Shown: positions 42,971 through 53,501 of the stretch, piece after piece
Layout of the letters: each line of letters begins with the position of its first letter
Position numbering within the stretch: position 1 is the first letter of the stretch
Source: Leptospira sp.
Lineage (GTDB): Bacteria > Spirochaetota > Leptospiria > Leptospirales > Leptospiraceae
Length of the DNA stretch: 64,000 nucleotides
Direction of reading: 5' to 3'
Assembly: GCA_034439575.1 (NCBI GenBank)
Contig: JAWXAQ010000008.1
Coordinates: 32,001-96,000, forward strand
Translations under genes and position numbers: made by a program
The notes under the pieces: model-generated
The model's input: only the letters and a program-made list of their open reading frames with translations
Told to the model about the DNA's origin: nothing
Databases searched by the model: none

Positions 42971-45055
42971 TTAAAATCGATAACTCCCAGTTAAATAAAA
43001 ACTTCTTCCAGGCAAAGGATAACCAACCAAATCTTCCACCTGCTTGTTTGTTAGGTTGCGTACTTCGAAAGTCATAAGAAATTCTCTTCCTAATTCTATA
43101 TCGCGATAGGGAATGTATGTGAAAAAACAATTATAAATTTGCCTAGAAGGTAAATAACCATAGTATTCATTGGTTCTATCTCGGAAATTGGCACCGATAA
43201 ATAAATATTCCAATCCGATTTCTCCCCAATCTTTAAAGTAAGTTAAACTAGAACTAATTTGATTTTTGGGACGTAAGGGTAAATATTTTCCATTCAAAGT
43301 ATTTGATTCAGATGTATTTTTAGCATTTTGGTAAGTATATTGAAAGTTAAATTTCCAACCTTTATTCCAGGTTAAAGTGTGACTTGTTTCTATGCCTTTG
43401 ATTAATGCGGAGTCCACATTCTCTGGCCTCAGTGTGAATTGAGAATTTGGTAAAAATAAAATCATATCATAAATTTTCTTTTGAAAGTATGCGATTTCTG
43501 AATCCCACTTCCATTCGGCATTCAATTTGGATTTAAAAAAGAATCCCATATCAGAATTGCGACTCATCTCAGGTCTAAGGCTTGTATTTCCGATGATACT
43601 ACCCCTCTCACCGAATAACTCGATGAAGCTGGGAATTCGAAATTCTTTACTCACATTCCCCATCACTCCAAAATCATATTTATTTTCTTGTAAAATAATC
43701 CATTTAATCCCAAAACTAGGGTTTGTAAAGTCACGCCTGGTTTTAAATTGATCACTGAGAGGATCGTAGATTTGGTTACGAACGGAATTCAAATCCTTTC
43801 CAAATCGATCCGTATATCTATCAAATCTAATTTGTGGTACCAAAAAAAGACGATTTCCAAAAAAACGAAATTCATCTTGGATTTGAAAACTTTGATAGTC
43901 TCTACGTTTTACTGGATCTTTAGATTCTGTTTGGTGATCACTTCGTTTACGCAATCGATCAAAGTATTCTTGTTCGCCATTGATTGAAAGTCTGAGTACT
44001 TGAAAATAATCTAATAAATATATTGTCGGAGATATTTGATATCCGTATTGTTTGATATCTGTTTGTGAATCAGGAATTCCAGATGTAAATTCACTCTTCG
44101 GGTCAAATAAATCGTCACGCGTTAGGTTGTGAAATAGTTTGGTTTCTAAAGTGATAGATTGAAAAATAAATTCTTTTGTATTTGTAGATATCGCTGTTGA
44201 AAATCTAGAGAATTTTCTTCGTACACTTTCGGTTTGTCGGTTCCCAGGGCCAGGTAATCCTTGCATTCGATAAAGAAAATCATTTAAAAAGGAAATTCTT
44301 GTTTTATGGATGTCTAGATTAACATTTCCAGTAAATCCTGCTTTTTCATATTGAGCATTCCTTCGTTTATCTATGGAATCATCATATGTATTAAAAAGTA
44401 GGGTGCCTTTGTTATTAAAATAAGAAAAATCTTGGTCAGATTTTTCACCTAGTCCTTGAAAAAAATAGGACCCCTTCTCGAATGAATTAGAATGCGAAAT
44501 CGTAGACTTGATCGTTTTAAAACTACCACCTTGAAGTGTAATGCGTGTTTGTGGCTTAATTTCATTTGTTTTGGAAACTAAATTAATGGATCCTCCGATA
44601 TTTGAACCTGAAAATCCTGCAGGTGTCGAAGATTTATAAATTTCAATTTTTTCTAAATTATCAAAAGGCAAATCTGCTAAATTGATTTCACCGCCTTGAG
44701 AATTATTGAGTGGAATTCCATTCCAGTAAACTTTTGTTTGGTTAGGATTTGTGCCTCTGATGGAAAGTGTGGAATACGATCCAAGTCCCCCATATTGACG
44801 AATTCGAATCCCCGCCTCTCTTTCTAAAATATCCGGCAATGAGATATATCGATTTTTGGAACCATCTAAGTTGATTTCCTTTTGAAAAGATGTCGGATTC
44901 TTTACGAAGTTTTGGTTTTTATTTGCATTTGAAGATTCGCCCTTAACTTCGATGGGACTTGACTTTGTATCTTCGGCTTGTATAGAAAAATTAAAAAGGA
45001 AGCCATAAATAAGAATTAAATAAAAGAATGATGAATTTAAAATGTGTCGGCGCAT
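42971..45055 (-). CDS. TonB-dependent receptor, probable cobalamin transporter (BtuB-like)
   Basis: Plug LSIRG...NGIPLN...IEIYKS...GGSINL, NTSLRPE, C-terminal GYPLPGRSFYLTGSYRF; downstream of a cobalamin riboswitch. Confidence 0.88.
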   Translation of the reverse strand: MRRHILNSSFFYLILIYGFLFNFSIQAEDTKSSPIEVKGESSNANKNQNFVKNPTSFQKEINLDGSKNRYISLPDILEREAGIRIRQYGGLGSYSTLSIRGTNPNQTKVYWNGIPLNNSQGGEINLADLPFDNLEKIEIYKSSTPAGFSGSNIGGSINLVSKTNEIKPQTRITLQGGSFKTIKSTISHSNSFEKGSYFFQGLGEKSDQDFSYFNNKGTLLFNTYDDSIDKRRNAQYEKAGFTGNVNLDIHKTRISFLNDFLYRMQGLPGPGNRQTESVRRKFSRFSTAISTNTKEFIFQSITLETKLFHNLTRDDLFDPKSEFTSGIPDSQTDIKQYGYQISPTIYLLDYFQVLRLSINGEQEYFDRLRKRSDHQTESKDPVKRRDYQSFQIQDEFRFFGNRLFLVPQIRFDRYTDRFGKDLNSVRNQIYDPLSDQFKTRRDFTNPSFGIKWIILQENKYDFGVMGNVSKEFRIPSFIELFGERGSIIGNTSLRPEMSRNSDMGFFFKSKLNAEWKWDSEIAYFQKKIYDMILFLPNSQFTLRPENVDSALIKGIETSHTLTWNKGWKFNFQYTYQNAKNTSESNTLNGKYLPLRPKNQISSSLTYFKDWGEIGLEYLFIGANFRDRTNEYYGYLPSRQIYNCFFTYIPYRDIELGREFLMTFEVRNLTNKQVEDLVGYPLPGRSFYLTGSYRF

Positions 45056-45091
45056 AGTCAGTGTTAGTATCCCAAATCACCTTGGGACCCC

Positions 45092-45130
45092 TTACTGACA
45101 TAAATAAATCTGTCTGTAAATGTGCTTCAT
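45092..45130 (-). CDS. putative 12-aa leader peptide (uORF) MKHIYRQIYLCQ
   Basis: AUG lies in the 3' arm of riboswitch hairpin P13, preceded by AGAGA; its last codons and stop run into a second hairpin in front of the receptor start. Confidence 0.45.
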   Translation of the reverse strand: MKHIYRQIYLCQ

Positions 45131-45235
45131 TCTCTAGACCACGAAGAAATTAAAGCGGGGAAGATCTGGCTTACACCTTAAAGGTGCTTACAGTTGCGGG
45201 TCAGCTCAAGGAATTTCACCTGATTCCTCCCTAAA
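45124..45235 (-). ncRNA. cobalamin riboswitch, short variant
   Basis: Minus strand GGGAGGAATCAGGTGAAATTCC...CTGACCCGCAACTGTAA-GCACC/GGTGT-AAGCCAGATCTTCCCC (B12 box), then a P13 hairpin (45124-45156) whose loop GUGGUC complements L5 GACCCGC. Confidence 0.9.
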
Positions 45236-45353
45236 GGTATAAGTTCAATTTGTGGAAGTGGTAAAGTGTGTCAATTGATTCGTTTGAAATTTATCGAACA
45301 TCCACAAAGAAAAAAAGCGGACTTCGTAGAATCAAATTAAAAGGTTTGTTTCT

Positions 45354-46352
45354 ATGAAGAAATATGACGTATTTGGCGTTGGAAACGCACTTGTGGATAT
45401 CATCGCGTTTATTGAGCCTAAGTTTTTAGAAAAACAAAAAATTGATAAAGGAATCATGACTCTAGTTGATGAAACTAGACAGGGCGAAATTTTAGCGAAC
45501 CTACATGAAACCAAAAAAGAATTACGATCTGGCGGCAGTGCAGCTAACACGATGATTGCGATCGCAAACTCAGGAGGCACTTGTGCTTATACTGGTAAAG
45601 TGACTCATGATACATATGGTGAATTTTATAAAAAAGATATGGAAGACGCTGGTGTTTTTTTTGAAACCAAACCAGATCCCAATGGTCATACAGGAACATG
45701 TGTTGTATTAACTACGCCAGATGCGGAACGAACCATGCTCACTTCGCTCGGTATTTCAACATCATTGACACCAGATGACATAGATTTGGAAAGATTAAAA
45801 AATTCCCAATTTGTATATGTGGAAGGTTATCTTTGGGATGGTGATTCGACAAAAAAAGCCAGTGAACTTACTATGTCGGAAGCAAAAAAGAATCAAGTAA
45901 AAGTTGCCTTTACTTATAGCGATCCATTTTGTGTGAACCGAAGTCGGGAAGAGTTTCTCCACTTAACAAAAACATACGTTGATGTGGTATTTTGTAATAC
46001 GGAAGAAGGACTCGCTCTCAGTCAAAAATCAACTCCTAAAGAAGCAATCGAATATATGAGTGGTCTTGCAGAACTTGTTTTTATGACTGCAGGGAAAGAT
46101 GGCGCCTATGTTTCTGAAAATGGGAAAATAACACTTGTTCCAGGGTTTCCTGTTAAACCAATTGATACAACGGGTGCTGGTGATGCTTTCGCAGCAGGTG
46201 TGTTATATGGTCTAACTCATGGTTATTCAAATACGAAATCAGCTCGTTGGGGAAATTATGTTGCTTCTCGTATTGTCCAAGAAGTAGGGCCTCGTCTAAC
46301 AGTTAAACTAATGGGGCGACAAGAGGAAATTCTGAAAGATTTTAAAGATTAA
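45354..46352 (+). CDS. PfkB-family kinase (adenosine kinase-like)
   Basis: GVGNALVDI, SGGSAANT, ERTM, VEGYLW, DTTGAGDAFAAG. Confidence 0.9.
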   Translation: MKKYDVFGVGNALVDIIAFIEPKFLEKQKIDKGIMTLVDETRQGEILANLHETKKELRSGGSAANTMIAIANSGGTCAYTGKVTHDTYGEFYKKDMEDAGVFFETKPDPNGHTGTCVVLTTPDAERTMLTSLGISTSLTPDDIDLERLKNSQFVYVEGYLWDGDSTKKASELTMSEAKKNQVKVAFTYSDPFCVNRSREEFLHLTKTYVDVVFCNTEEGLALSQKSTPKEAIEYMSGLAELVFMTAGKDGAYVSENGKITLVPGFPVKPIDTTGAGDAFAAGVLYGLTHGYSNTKSARWGNYVASRIVQEVGPRLTVKLMGRQEEILKDFKD

Positions 46353-46354
46353 AA

Positions 46355-46747
46355 TTATTTTCTATTAAATTCTTCCCATATAGAATGGATACGGGAAGTG
46401 ATTTCAAGAGGAGCGAAAGGTTTTTCAATTACACCAATTGCTCCTCTTTTTTTATAATCTAATAATTCACTTCTTTGAACTCTCGATGTAAGAAAGATAA
46501 CTGGAATCGATCCTATCTTCGGGTCTGATTTTAGTTCATCTATCATTTGTAAGCCGTCCATTCCTGGCATAAGCACATCAAGAAGAATTAGATCTGGCAT
46601 ATTTTGTTTTGCAATTCGTAATCCGACTTCTCCATTTGTAGCATAAGAAAGTAAAATGTTAGAATTAAATTCTATGGCGATTTTTAGTATTTCAATGATA
46701 TCTTCTTCATCTTCCACAATCAAAACGGAATTTAATGGTCGATTCAT
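46355..46747 (-). CDS. single-domain response regulator receiver
   Basis: Start re-assigned to MNRPL; IVEDE, LLDVLMPGMDG, FLTS, IEKPF. Confidence 0.9.
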   Translation of the reverse strand: MNRPLNSVLIVEDEEDIIEILKIAIEFNSNILLSYATNGEVGLRIAKQNMPDLILLDVLMPGMDGLQMIDELKSDPKIGSIPVIFLTSRVQRSELLDYKKRGAIGVIEKPFAPLEITSRIHSIWEEFNRK

Positions 46748-46748
46748 T

Positions 46749-48254
46749 CTATTCTGCTCCAAGTGGAGTTTTGTTTTCAGTCCATATGGGTAATTCGATA
46801 AAAAATGTGGATCCCGATGGAGAGGATTCATAATAAACTGAGCCAAGCATCTGTTCTGTGAAGGCTTTTGTGATAGACAAACCAAGCCCCGAACCACCAA
46901 CTAACTTGTCTTTTGGGGGAGGGCCTTGCACAAATCTATGAAAAAGTCTGGGACGTAAATCAGGATCTATACCTGGACCTAAATCTTTAACTTTGATAAA
47001 TGCATTTTTATCTTTTTCTCCAATGGAAATGGTCACAGAAGAATGTTTAGGCGTATATTTGACAGCATTAGAAATTAAATTTGTGATGCAGTGACTCAGT
47101 CGATCTTCATCTACATATACGAGAATTTGCTTGCAGTTTTTTTCATATTCTAATTGGACGTGGTATTGTTCTGCAAATGTTCGCGTGCCTTCGATCGCAG
47201 ATAGGACGATTTCTTCTAAAGAATGAGGTTTATAAACAAAATTTACATTTCCAGAATCTAATGCTTCAATATCGAGTAAATCACTCACGAACCGCACTAG
47301 ACGCAGGGTATTTTTTCTACAAATATTTAATAAAGACTTTGCTTGGTTACTTAAATCACCTGCCACGCCACCAATCAGTAGTTCAATGGCTCCTTTCACG
47401 GAAGTTAAGGGAGTTCTTAACTCATGACTGACTAAACTTATAAATTCATTTTTGAGTCGTTCGGCTTTTTTTCGAATTGTGATATTTCTAACAATTGCTA
47501 GGACTTCTTTTTCTCCACTTTTGGAAATTCTGATTTCATAATATTTTTCACCATCATATTCATCAGCAGAATATTCCATTGTCGCAAGAGTATCATTAAT
47601 CAAAACCTCACTTGTCATTTTTTTAATTAATTGAATATGTGATTTTGGAAATATTTCATCTACTGATAGAAGTTTTATATCAGAATCAATGTTTTCCCAG
47701 TCGAAAAATTCAGGATACTCTTTATAATTGATTAGTTTTCCCGTATCGTGGATGCGATATAAAAAATCTGGTATGGCACTTAGTATGGCTCTATTTTTTG
47801 TGACTACATTTTCATAACCGATCTCCGCCTTTTTGTGTAAGGTGATTTCATTGACAATTACGATTATGTTTTCTTTTAATGGTAAGATCAAAAAGTCGAA
47901 CCATCTTCCATTGGTATATTTGTATTGATTGATATGTATGATTTTTGATTCTCGAACGGAAGTCAACATACCTTCACCAAGTTCGGTGGTGAGGAGTTCA
48001 GGAAAAACTTTCCACATTTCTTTTCCTAAAAGTTCCTCTTTATCGTGTAATGCCAATTCTTGGCCTTTGACATTTACATGCAAATAACGCCATTGGGAAT
48101 CAAAAACAAACACGGCATCACGAATCAATTCTACGATTTGAAAGAGTAAATCTTTTCCAAATTTATCTTCATTTTTGAAAAGAAGTTGCTTTGCTTCAAA
48201 AAAGCTTTGCTCATCCTTGAAAAAGCCTTTGATTTTTTCTAATTCTTCGTACAT
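46749..48254 (-). CDS. PAS-domain sensor histidine kinase
   Basis: Two PAS-like regions; SHELRTPL, NLISNAVKY, DLGPGI, GSGLGL. Likely start MYEEL (48254); the track's 48296 start overlaps the divergent gene. Confidence 0.9.
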   Translation of the reverse strand: MYEELEKIKGFFKDEQSFFEAKQLLFKNEDKFGKDLLFQIVELIRDAVFVFDSQWRYLHVNVKGQELALHDKEELLGKEMWKVFPELLTTELGEGMLTSVRESKIIHINQYKYTNGRWFDFLILPLKENIIVIVNEITLHKKAEIGYENVVTKNRAILSAIPDFLYRIHDTGKLINYKEYPEFFDWENIDSDIKLLSVDEIFPKSHIQLIKKMTSEVLINDTLATMEYSADEYDGEKYYEIRISKSGEKEVLAIVRNITIRKKAERLKNEFISLVSHELRTPLTSVKGAIELLIGGVAGDLSNQAKSLLNICRKNTLRLVRFVSDLLDIEALDSGNVNFVYKPHSLEEIVLSAIEGTRTFAEQYHVQLEYEKNCKQILVYVDEDRLSHCITNLISNAVKYTPKHSSVTISIGEKDKNAFIKVKDLGPGIDPDLRPRLFHRFVQGPPPKDKLVGGSGLGLSITKAFTEQMLGSVYYESSPSGSTFFIELPIWTENKTPLGAE

Positions 48255-48287
48255 AAGTCCAAATATATCTAAATCAAATACAAAGTT

Positions 48288-49217
48288 ATGATCCAAGTCA
48301 GCAATTTATCAAAATTTTATGGGGAAAAACGGGCTATTTCAGGTCTGAATTTCAAACTCGAAAAGGGTGAAGTCGTCGGTCTTCTTGGCCTAAATGGTGC
48401 AGGAAAAACCACTACGATTCGTATTCTTACCGGATTTTTGATTCCGAGTGCAGGAGATGCTCAAATTGACGGAAAGTCTATTTTTGATTTCCCACTCGAG
48501 GCCAAACGTAAGATAGGTTATCTACCTGAAACACCACCACTTTACGAAGATTTTGCGGTATATGATTACTTAGAGTTTGTTGGTCGTTTGAAACAAATTT
48601 CAGAAAAAGAATTGCCTTCGGAAATCCAAAGGGTACTCGCAAAAACTAACATTGTCGAGATGAAAGATAAATTGATCTCGACTTTGTCTTTAGGATTTAG
48701 AAAAAGGGTAGGCATTGCCCAAGCGATTCTTGGGAACCCGGAAGTAGTGATCATGGATGAGCCCATTTCGGGCCTTGATCCCAAACAAATCGTCGAAATT
48801 AGAAATTTGATTCGAAGTTTAGCAGGAGATCATACTGTTCTTATTTCCAGTCATATCTTAAGTGAAATTTATAAAACCTGCGATAAATTTTTATTTTTGC
48901 ATAATGGTGCATTAAGGCAAGAACTTAGCTTTTCAAAGTTAGATGAAGAAATGAGTAAGTTGGCTGGAATCGAAGTAGGTTTATCAGGTAAATCAAAAGA
49001 AGAAATGGAATCCTTTTTACGTTCATTGCTTAGTTCAGAAGATAAATTAACTTATGTTGGCGGCTCATTTGAAGAAAATATTTTTTTAATTCAAACCAAA
49101 GAACAAAAGTCATTTAAAGAAAAACTTTTTGCAAGTTCTCACAATTCAGGTTTTAACATAGAATCTATCAAAAAACAAGAAGTATCATTGGAACAAATTT
49201 TTTTGGAGAAAATATGA
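48288..49217 (+). CDS. ABC transporter ATP-binding protein (GldA-like)
   Basis: [42 protein letters not shown]. Confidence 0.92.
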   Translation: MIQVSNLSKFYGEKRAISGLNFKLEKGEVVGLLGLNGAGKTTTIRILTGFLIPSAGDAQIDGKSIFDFPLEAKRKIGYLPETPPLYEDFAVYDYLEFVGRLKQISEKELPSEIQRVLAKTNIVEMKDKLISTLSLGFRKRVGIAQAILGNPEVVIMDEPISGLDPKQIVEIRNLIRSLAGDHTVLISSHILSEIYKTCDKFLFLHNGALRQELSFSKLDEEMSKLAGIEVGLSGKSKEEMESFLRSLLSSEDKLTYVGGSFEENIFLIQTKEQKSFKEKLFASSHNSGFNIESIKKQEVSLEQIFLEKI

Positions 49218-49945
49218 ATTTTCAAACCGCTCTTTGGATTTTTAAAAAAGAACTGAAATTATTTTTTGGAACTTATATGGGTCCACTAGTGTTAGGTGGG
49301 ACTGCCTTTCTAAACGCTTTGTTTATTATGATACTAAACTTTAATGGTAGAGCAAATTATGAAGAGGCGACTGTCGTCACATTTGTATCATTTATGACAA
49401 CCATACTCATCGCTATGATTATTATTTCTATGGGTTCTATCGTAGAAGAAAAAAATAAAGGCACACTTGAACTATTATTTACGAGTCCTATCACGGATGC
49501 TGATATCGTCCTCGGTAAATTCTTGTTTGGTGTGACAATTTGTGGAATCATCACTGTTTTTATCAATGGTTTGTTTCCTATCCTACTTTATTCTTATTGG
49601 CAAGCACCTTTGTATATCGTTTGCGCAGGTTCAATTGGAGTTTTTTTACTGGGAACATTCACATATACTGTCGGGTTATTTGCTTCTAGTTTGGCAAAAA
49701 ACCAAATGATTTCTCTACTTATTTCCGTGCTCATCATACTCACACTTTGGGTAGTTGGATATTTTTCTCATCTATTCCAAGCTACAACTAGAAAAGTATT
49801 ATTTCATTTGCATATTTTTTCGCATTATATAAGTTTTTCGAAAGGTGTTTTGCCACTAACGAGCATAATTTTCTTTTTGAGTGGTACGTTTTTGTTTTTA
49901 TATCTGACAATCAAAGTTCTCGAATCCAGAAGATGGAGAGGATAA
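49214..49945 (+). CDS. ABC-2 permease (GldF-like)
   Basis: [35 protein letters not shown]. Confidence 0.88.
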   Translation: MNFQTALWIFKKELKLFFGTYMGPLVLGGTAFLNALFIMILNFNGRANYEEATVVTFVSFMTTILIAMIIISMGSIVEEKNKGTLELLFTSPITDADIVLGKFLFGVTICGIITVFINGLFPILLYSYWQAPLYIVCAGSIGVFLLGTFTYTVGLFASSLAKNQMISLLISVLIILTLWVVGYFSHLFQATTRKVLFHLHIFSHYISFSKGVLPLTSIIFFLSGTFLFLYLTIKVLESRRWRG

Positions 49946-49949
49946 TTAA

Positions 49950-51803
49950 ATGAGTTTTTCTTTAGAACGTATTTTCCCTTTTTTGAGTGTAGTTACGCTT
50001 TTTGTTTTTTTCCTTTTGGATGGAATGGTAGTCGATCCCTCTAAAAGATTAGTTTGGTTACTGTGTGTCTTTATACTTCTTTTTTCTGATACACTGTATC
50101 GTATTTTTTCGTCTGGTCTGCGAAAGATAGATCAGAATCGTTATATCGGAACGGGCCTTGGATTTGGGTCGTTTTTATTGTATCTCTTGCGTGATTGGTT
50201 GGATGTCAATGTATCAGGTGTTAACCCGGAAGTAAGTTCTATTCCAAAAATCAGAGAACTCTTACTTTTGATTTTGATTATTTTTGCTTTTTCCTTTTTG
50301 TTGCAAGTAGTCTTACTCGAAATTGGACGTGCATCGCTTGAAGCTCAGAGTAATCTTTCCAAATCTAAAAGTTCACTTCTCCAAAATGCATTACTTGGTT
50401 TTCTAATTTTACTCCCAATTCTTGTAGCGATCAATTATTTTGCCATCAAACGAAATTATAATTTTGATTTAAGTTCAAAAGGAAAATATTCTCTTTCCCC
50501 AATTGCACGAAATTTACTAAAGCAAATTACCAAAGAAACAAATATAACCGCTTTTTATCCAAGACCTTTAGAAGCTGATGGCCCTGCAAATTCTTTTGCG
50601 TTAACGCGTGTTCGTCCCGATGTAGAGATTATGCTCGATCAAATTAGGGCAGAAAATCCTTTGATCTCAGTTCAATTTATCAATGCGGACGTTGAAACAG
50701 ATTTATTGAAAGATTTCCCGCAAGCAGCTAACGGTAGCATTGTGATAAGGTGTAAAAAAGTTTCACTATTAAATAGCAAAACGCCATACACAGAAGAAAA
50801 AATATTTATCAAGGAACCAGCTGATTTAGAAGAGATGGAGAGAAAAATAATCTCAGCTCTTTTTACCGTTTCCACAGAACAAAAGAAAGTTTATTTTACG
50901 ACTTCAAATGGGGAAAGGTATGGAATCGGATTTAAAACCGTTCCCAACGAACAAATCAATCGATTCACAACAAATTTGCAATTTTTAAACTTCAAAGTAG
51001 AGGAATGGGGGTTTTCAAATGGATGGCCTTCTAATTTACCAACTGACGCTGATATGGTGGCGATCATTGGACCTACGGTTCCTTTTTCGCCTGAGGCACA
51101 GACAGAAATTAAAAAATTCGTTTTAGAAAAAAATGGAAAAATATTTATCACTATTGATCCTAGAGGTTCTGAAGATTTTTCTTGGTTACTGAATATTTCT
51201 GGTTTGTCATACGCTAATGAAACATTGGTCGAAGTCGTTCAAAAACCAGGTGTCATCGTCGCCAAACGTCTAGCTGAAAATAAACTTACGGAAATGTTAC
51301 CTAAAAAAGATGTAGGAGTATTGTTCCCTTATAGCGGTACGCTTAGTACGGTTTCAGCAGGAGCGAATCCATTTTTATTTAAGTCAGAAAATTTACTTGA
51401 AACAGGTTTTGATGTATTTTCAGATAAAAACAAAAATTCAAAGTTAGATGGAGATGAAAAGAAAGAAAATAAAATCCTTTCTGTTTTACTCACTCCCTTA
51501 TCTCTAACGGATGAAAAGAAAGGTAGAATCGTTTTGCATTCAGGGACTTCTTGGATCACGGATCAATATATATCATATGCTATCAACGCACCTTTTGCCA
51601 ATGCACTTGTCACTGGACAATTTTTAGATACTGCCATCGCAGAGATTCCGAAAAAGAAAGAAGAATCAAATACGATTTCCCTTTCAGATAATCAAAAATT
51701 AATCGTGTGGGCAATAGGTGTATTTTTATATCCAGGATTTATTTTTGCGCTCGGTGCGTACTATGTAAGTGCAAAACGTAGAAAGTCTGTCGTAGAAGTA
51801 TGA
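49950..51803 (+). CDS. GldG-family ABC auxiliary protein
   Basis: FDLSSKGKYSLS, KVYFTTSNGE, IIGPTVPF, C-terminal TM plus KRRK. Confidence 0.8.
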   Translation: MSFSLERIFPFLSVVTLFVFFLLDGMVVDPSKRLVWLLCVFILLFSDTLYRIFSSGLRKIDQNRYIGTGLGFGSFLLYLLRDWLDVNVSGVNPEVSSIPKIRELLLLILIIFAFSFLLQVVLLEIGRASLEAQSNLSKSKSSLLQNALLGFLILLPILVAINYFAIKRNYNFDLSSKGKYSLSPIARNLLKQITKETNITAFYPRPLEADGPANSFALTRVRPDVEIMLDQIRAENPLISVQFINADVETDLLKDFPQAANGSIVIRCKKVSLLNSKTPYTEEKIFIKEPADLEEMERKIISALFTVSTEQKKVYFTTSNGERYGIGFKTVPNEQINRFTTNLQFLNFKVEEWGFSNGWPSNLPTDADMVAIIGPTVPFSPEAQTEIKKFVLEKNGKIFITIDPRGSEDFSWLLNISGLSYANETLVEVVQKPGVIVAKRLAENKLTEMLPKKDVGVLFPYSGTLSTVSAGANPFLFKSENLLETGFDVFSDKNKNSKLDGDEKKENKILSVLLTPLSLTDEKKGRIVLHSGTSWITDQYISYAINAPFANALVTGQFLDTAIAEIPKKKEESNTISLSDNQKLIVWAIGVFLYPGFIFALGAYYVSAKRRKSVVEV

Positions 51804-52885
51804 ACAAAAAAATTATTTATTTAATATTCAGCATTTCTTTTCTGTTCTTTGTTTTTTTTCTCTTAGAAGAAAGAAATGAAAACCAAACTGAGGTTAGTTA
51901 CTGGAAAGAAAATTGGAAAGTGATTCGATTTGCGCCACCAAAAGAAACTTGGTGTGGCAAATTAGAACCATCATTTATTAATTCACCATTCCAAATCCAA
52001 ATGTATGATAGGGGTTGGAAAAAATCTCCAATATTCACTGTATCTTTCATTGATCCTGAAACCAAAAATGTAATATTGTATGAAGGAAATTATAATGTTA
52101 AAAACACATTTTCTGATTTGAGTGTTCTTAAAACAAAGTTTATTGAACCTATAACGGAAGAACATACTAAAGCCCATTGTTTGACAGGCGATGGACCAAG
52201 GCTTATTCTCAGCAAAGATTATGCTGATCTGAAATCAGAGTTAGGTGGCTCAGATTTAATATTTGGTAAAAAGCTGGAATCTGATACATCGCGCATTATC
52301 ACAAAAGCCAATGACAAAATCATTTCGCCTTACAACTATATTTTGGATAAATTTCGCGGTAAGTTGGATGGGATTCGCGAACGTCAATATATTTCATATA
52401 ACGGTGGCTATTTGACTCATATCGAATTTTCAGGACAAGGTCAATTGGTTCGCGCTGAAAATTCTGCTAAAAAAAACCAGTATGAAACATATGTCAATCA
52501 ATGGAGTCGCCCAACTGGAGAACGAATTGTATTTTCACCCGCGATTGGCAATGATTGGGAAACCAAACTAAAAGCTTTAAGAGCCGATATGTATCCTGAT
52601 GAAAGTAGTGGACCCGGATTTCTTAAAGCTCAAGAATTCAAAAAAGGCCAACCAGAATTTACTATTTCTTCTTCACATTCAGATGCGTATCGATGGAAAC
52701 TTTTGGTGTATTCTAAATTCAAATGGAACGATTTAGAATACCGGCCTGTAGTTCGAGAGATAACAGGCTATTTTACCGAAGATGTGAGCTTTGTGAAGGA
52801 AGATACTTTCCAAAATTTCGTCAAAGCCGCAATGGAAGTGAAAAATGCTTCCCGCTTTGAACGTCCCAATCAGAAAATCCAATAA
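51800..52885 (+). CDS. membrane-anchored hypothetical protein (position typical of DUF4340 proteins)
   Basis: N-terminal TM; ATGA overlap with the gldG-like gene. Confidence 0.6.
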   Translation: MNKKIIYLIFSISFLFFVFFLLEERNENQTEVSYWKENWKVIRFAPPKETWCGKLEPSFINSPFQIQMYDRGWKKSPIFTVSFIDPETKNVILYEGNYNVKNTFSDLSVLKTKFIEPITEEHTKAHCLTGDGPRLILSKDYADLKSELGGSDLIFGKKLESDTSRIITKANDKIISPYNYILDKFRGKLDGIRERQYISYNGGYLTHIEFSGQGQLVRAENSAKKNQYETYVNQWSRPTGERIVFSPAIGNDWETKLKALRADMYPDESSGPGFLKAQEFKKGQPEFTISSSHSDAYRWKLLVYSKFKWNDLEYRPVVREITGYFTEDVSFVKEDTFQNFVKAAMEVKNASRFERPNQKIQ

Positions 52886-52886
52886 G

Positions 52887-53501
52887 GTGCAAAATTCGAA
52901 TACTTACAACGCTCGCAAACAAATTCTTAGAGATATCTTTTTTTCTCCGAAGTCGGCTTTCGAATCGTATTACCAAAAGACTGATTTAGGAAACAGAGAT
53001 TTATTTATGATTCACCTAAGCCTGGCACTTTTGGGTGGGCTTATGAAATTTGTTGGCAATCTCATTCAGATTTTTGTCTTCAAAGTGACATCCTTAGATG
53101 AAGAAACAAATATTTCATTGTTTCAGGGCATTATCCCCATCATAGGATTTTATGTTTTAGTCTATGGTTTACTTCGGCTTACGGATAGTTTTCGAATGTA
53201 CCACCAAATGCGCGATAAAGCAATGGATTGGTCTGGACCTGAACCACATGTTTTTATTATATCATTTTTACCATTTACTTCCACATCAGTATTTTGGATT
53301 TTGCCTCCACCTTTCCCCTTGCTTTTGTTAGGTTTGGGCTTTCTATACTCATTGCAATTAGCATACATGTATTTATCGATCCAAAGAATGTGGACTTCCC
53401 GTGATTTTTTCTTTTTACTTATGAAAGTCACACTTTTCTTTTTAGTTCTCATCAGCGTGCCCTTATTTTTTTATCACATTCTTAGGACGGTACTCAATTG
53501 A
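52887..53501 (+). CDS. multi-pass membrane protein (Yip1-like)
   Basis: [10 protein letters not shown] then about five TM segments; probable GTG start just after the upstream stop. Confidence 0.6.
   Translation: MQNSNTYNARKQILRDIFFSPKSAFESYYQKTDLGNRDLFMIHLSLALLGGLMKFVGNLIQIFVFKVTSLDEETNISLFQGIIPIIGFYVLVYGLLRLTDSFRMYHQMRDKAMDWSGPEPHVFIISFLPFTSTSVFWILPPPFPLLLLGLGFLYSLQLAYMYLSIQRMWTSRDFFFLLMKVTLFFLVLISVPLFFYHILRTVLN

Noticed and set aside
46748-46900. 51-aa N-terminal extension of the response regulator
   Set aside because: Overlaps the kinase coding region; the ATG at 46747, 1 nt after the kinase stop, gives a clean receiver domain.
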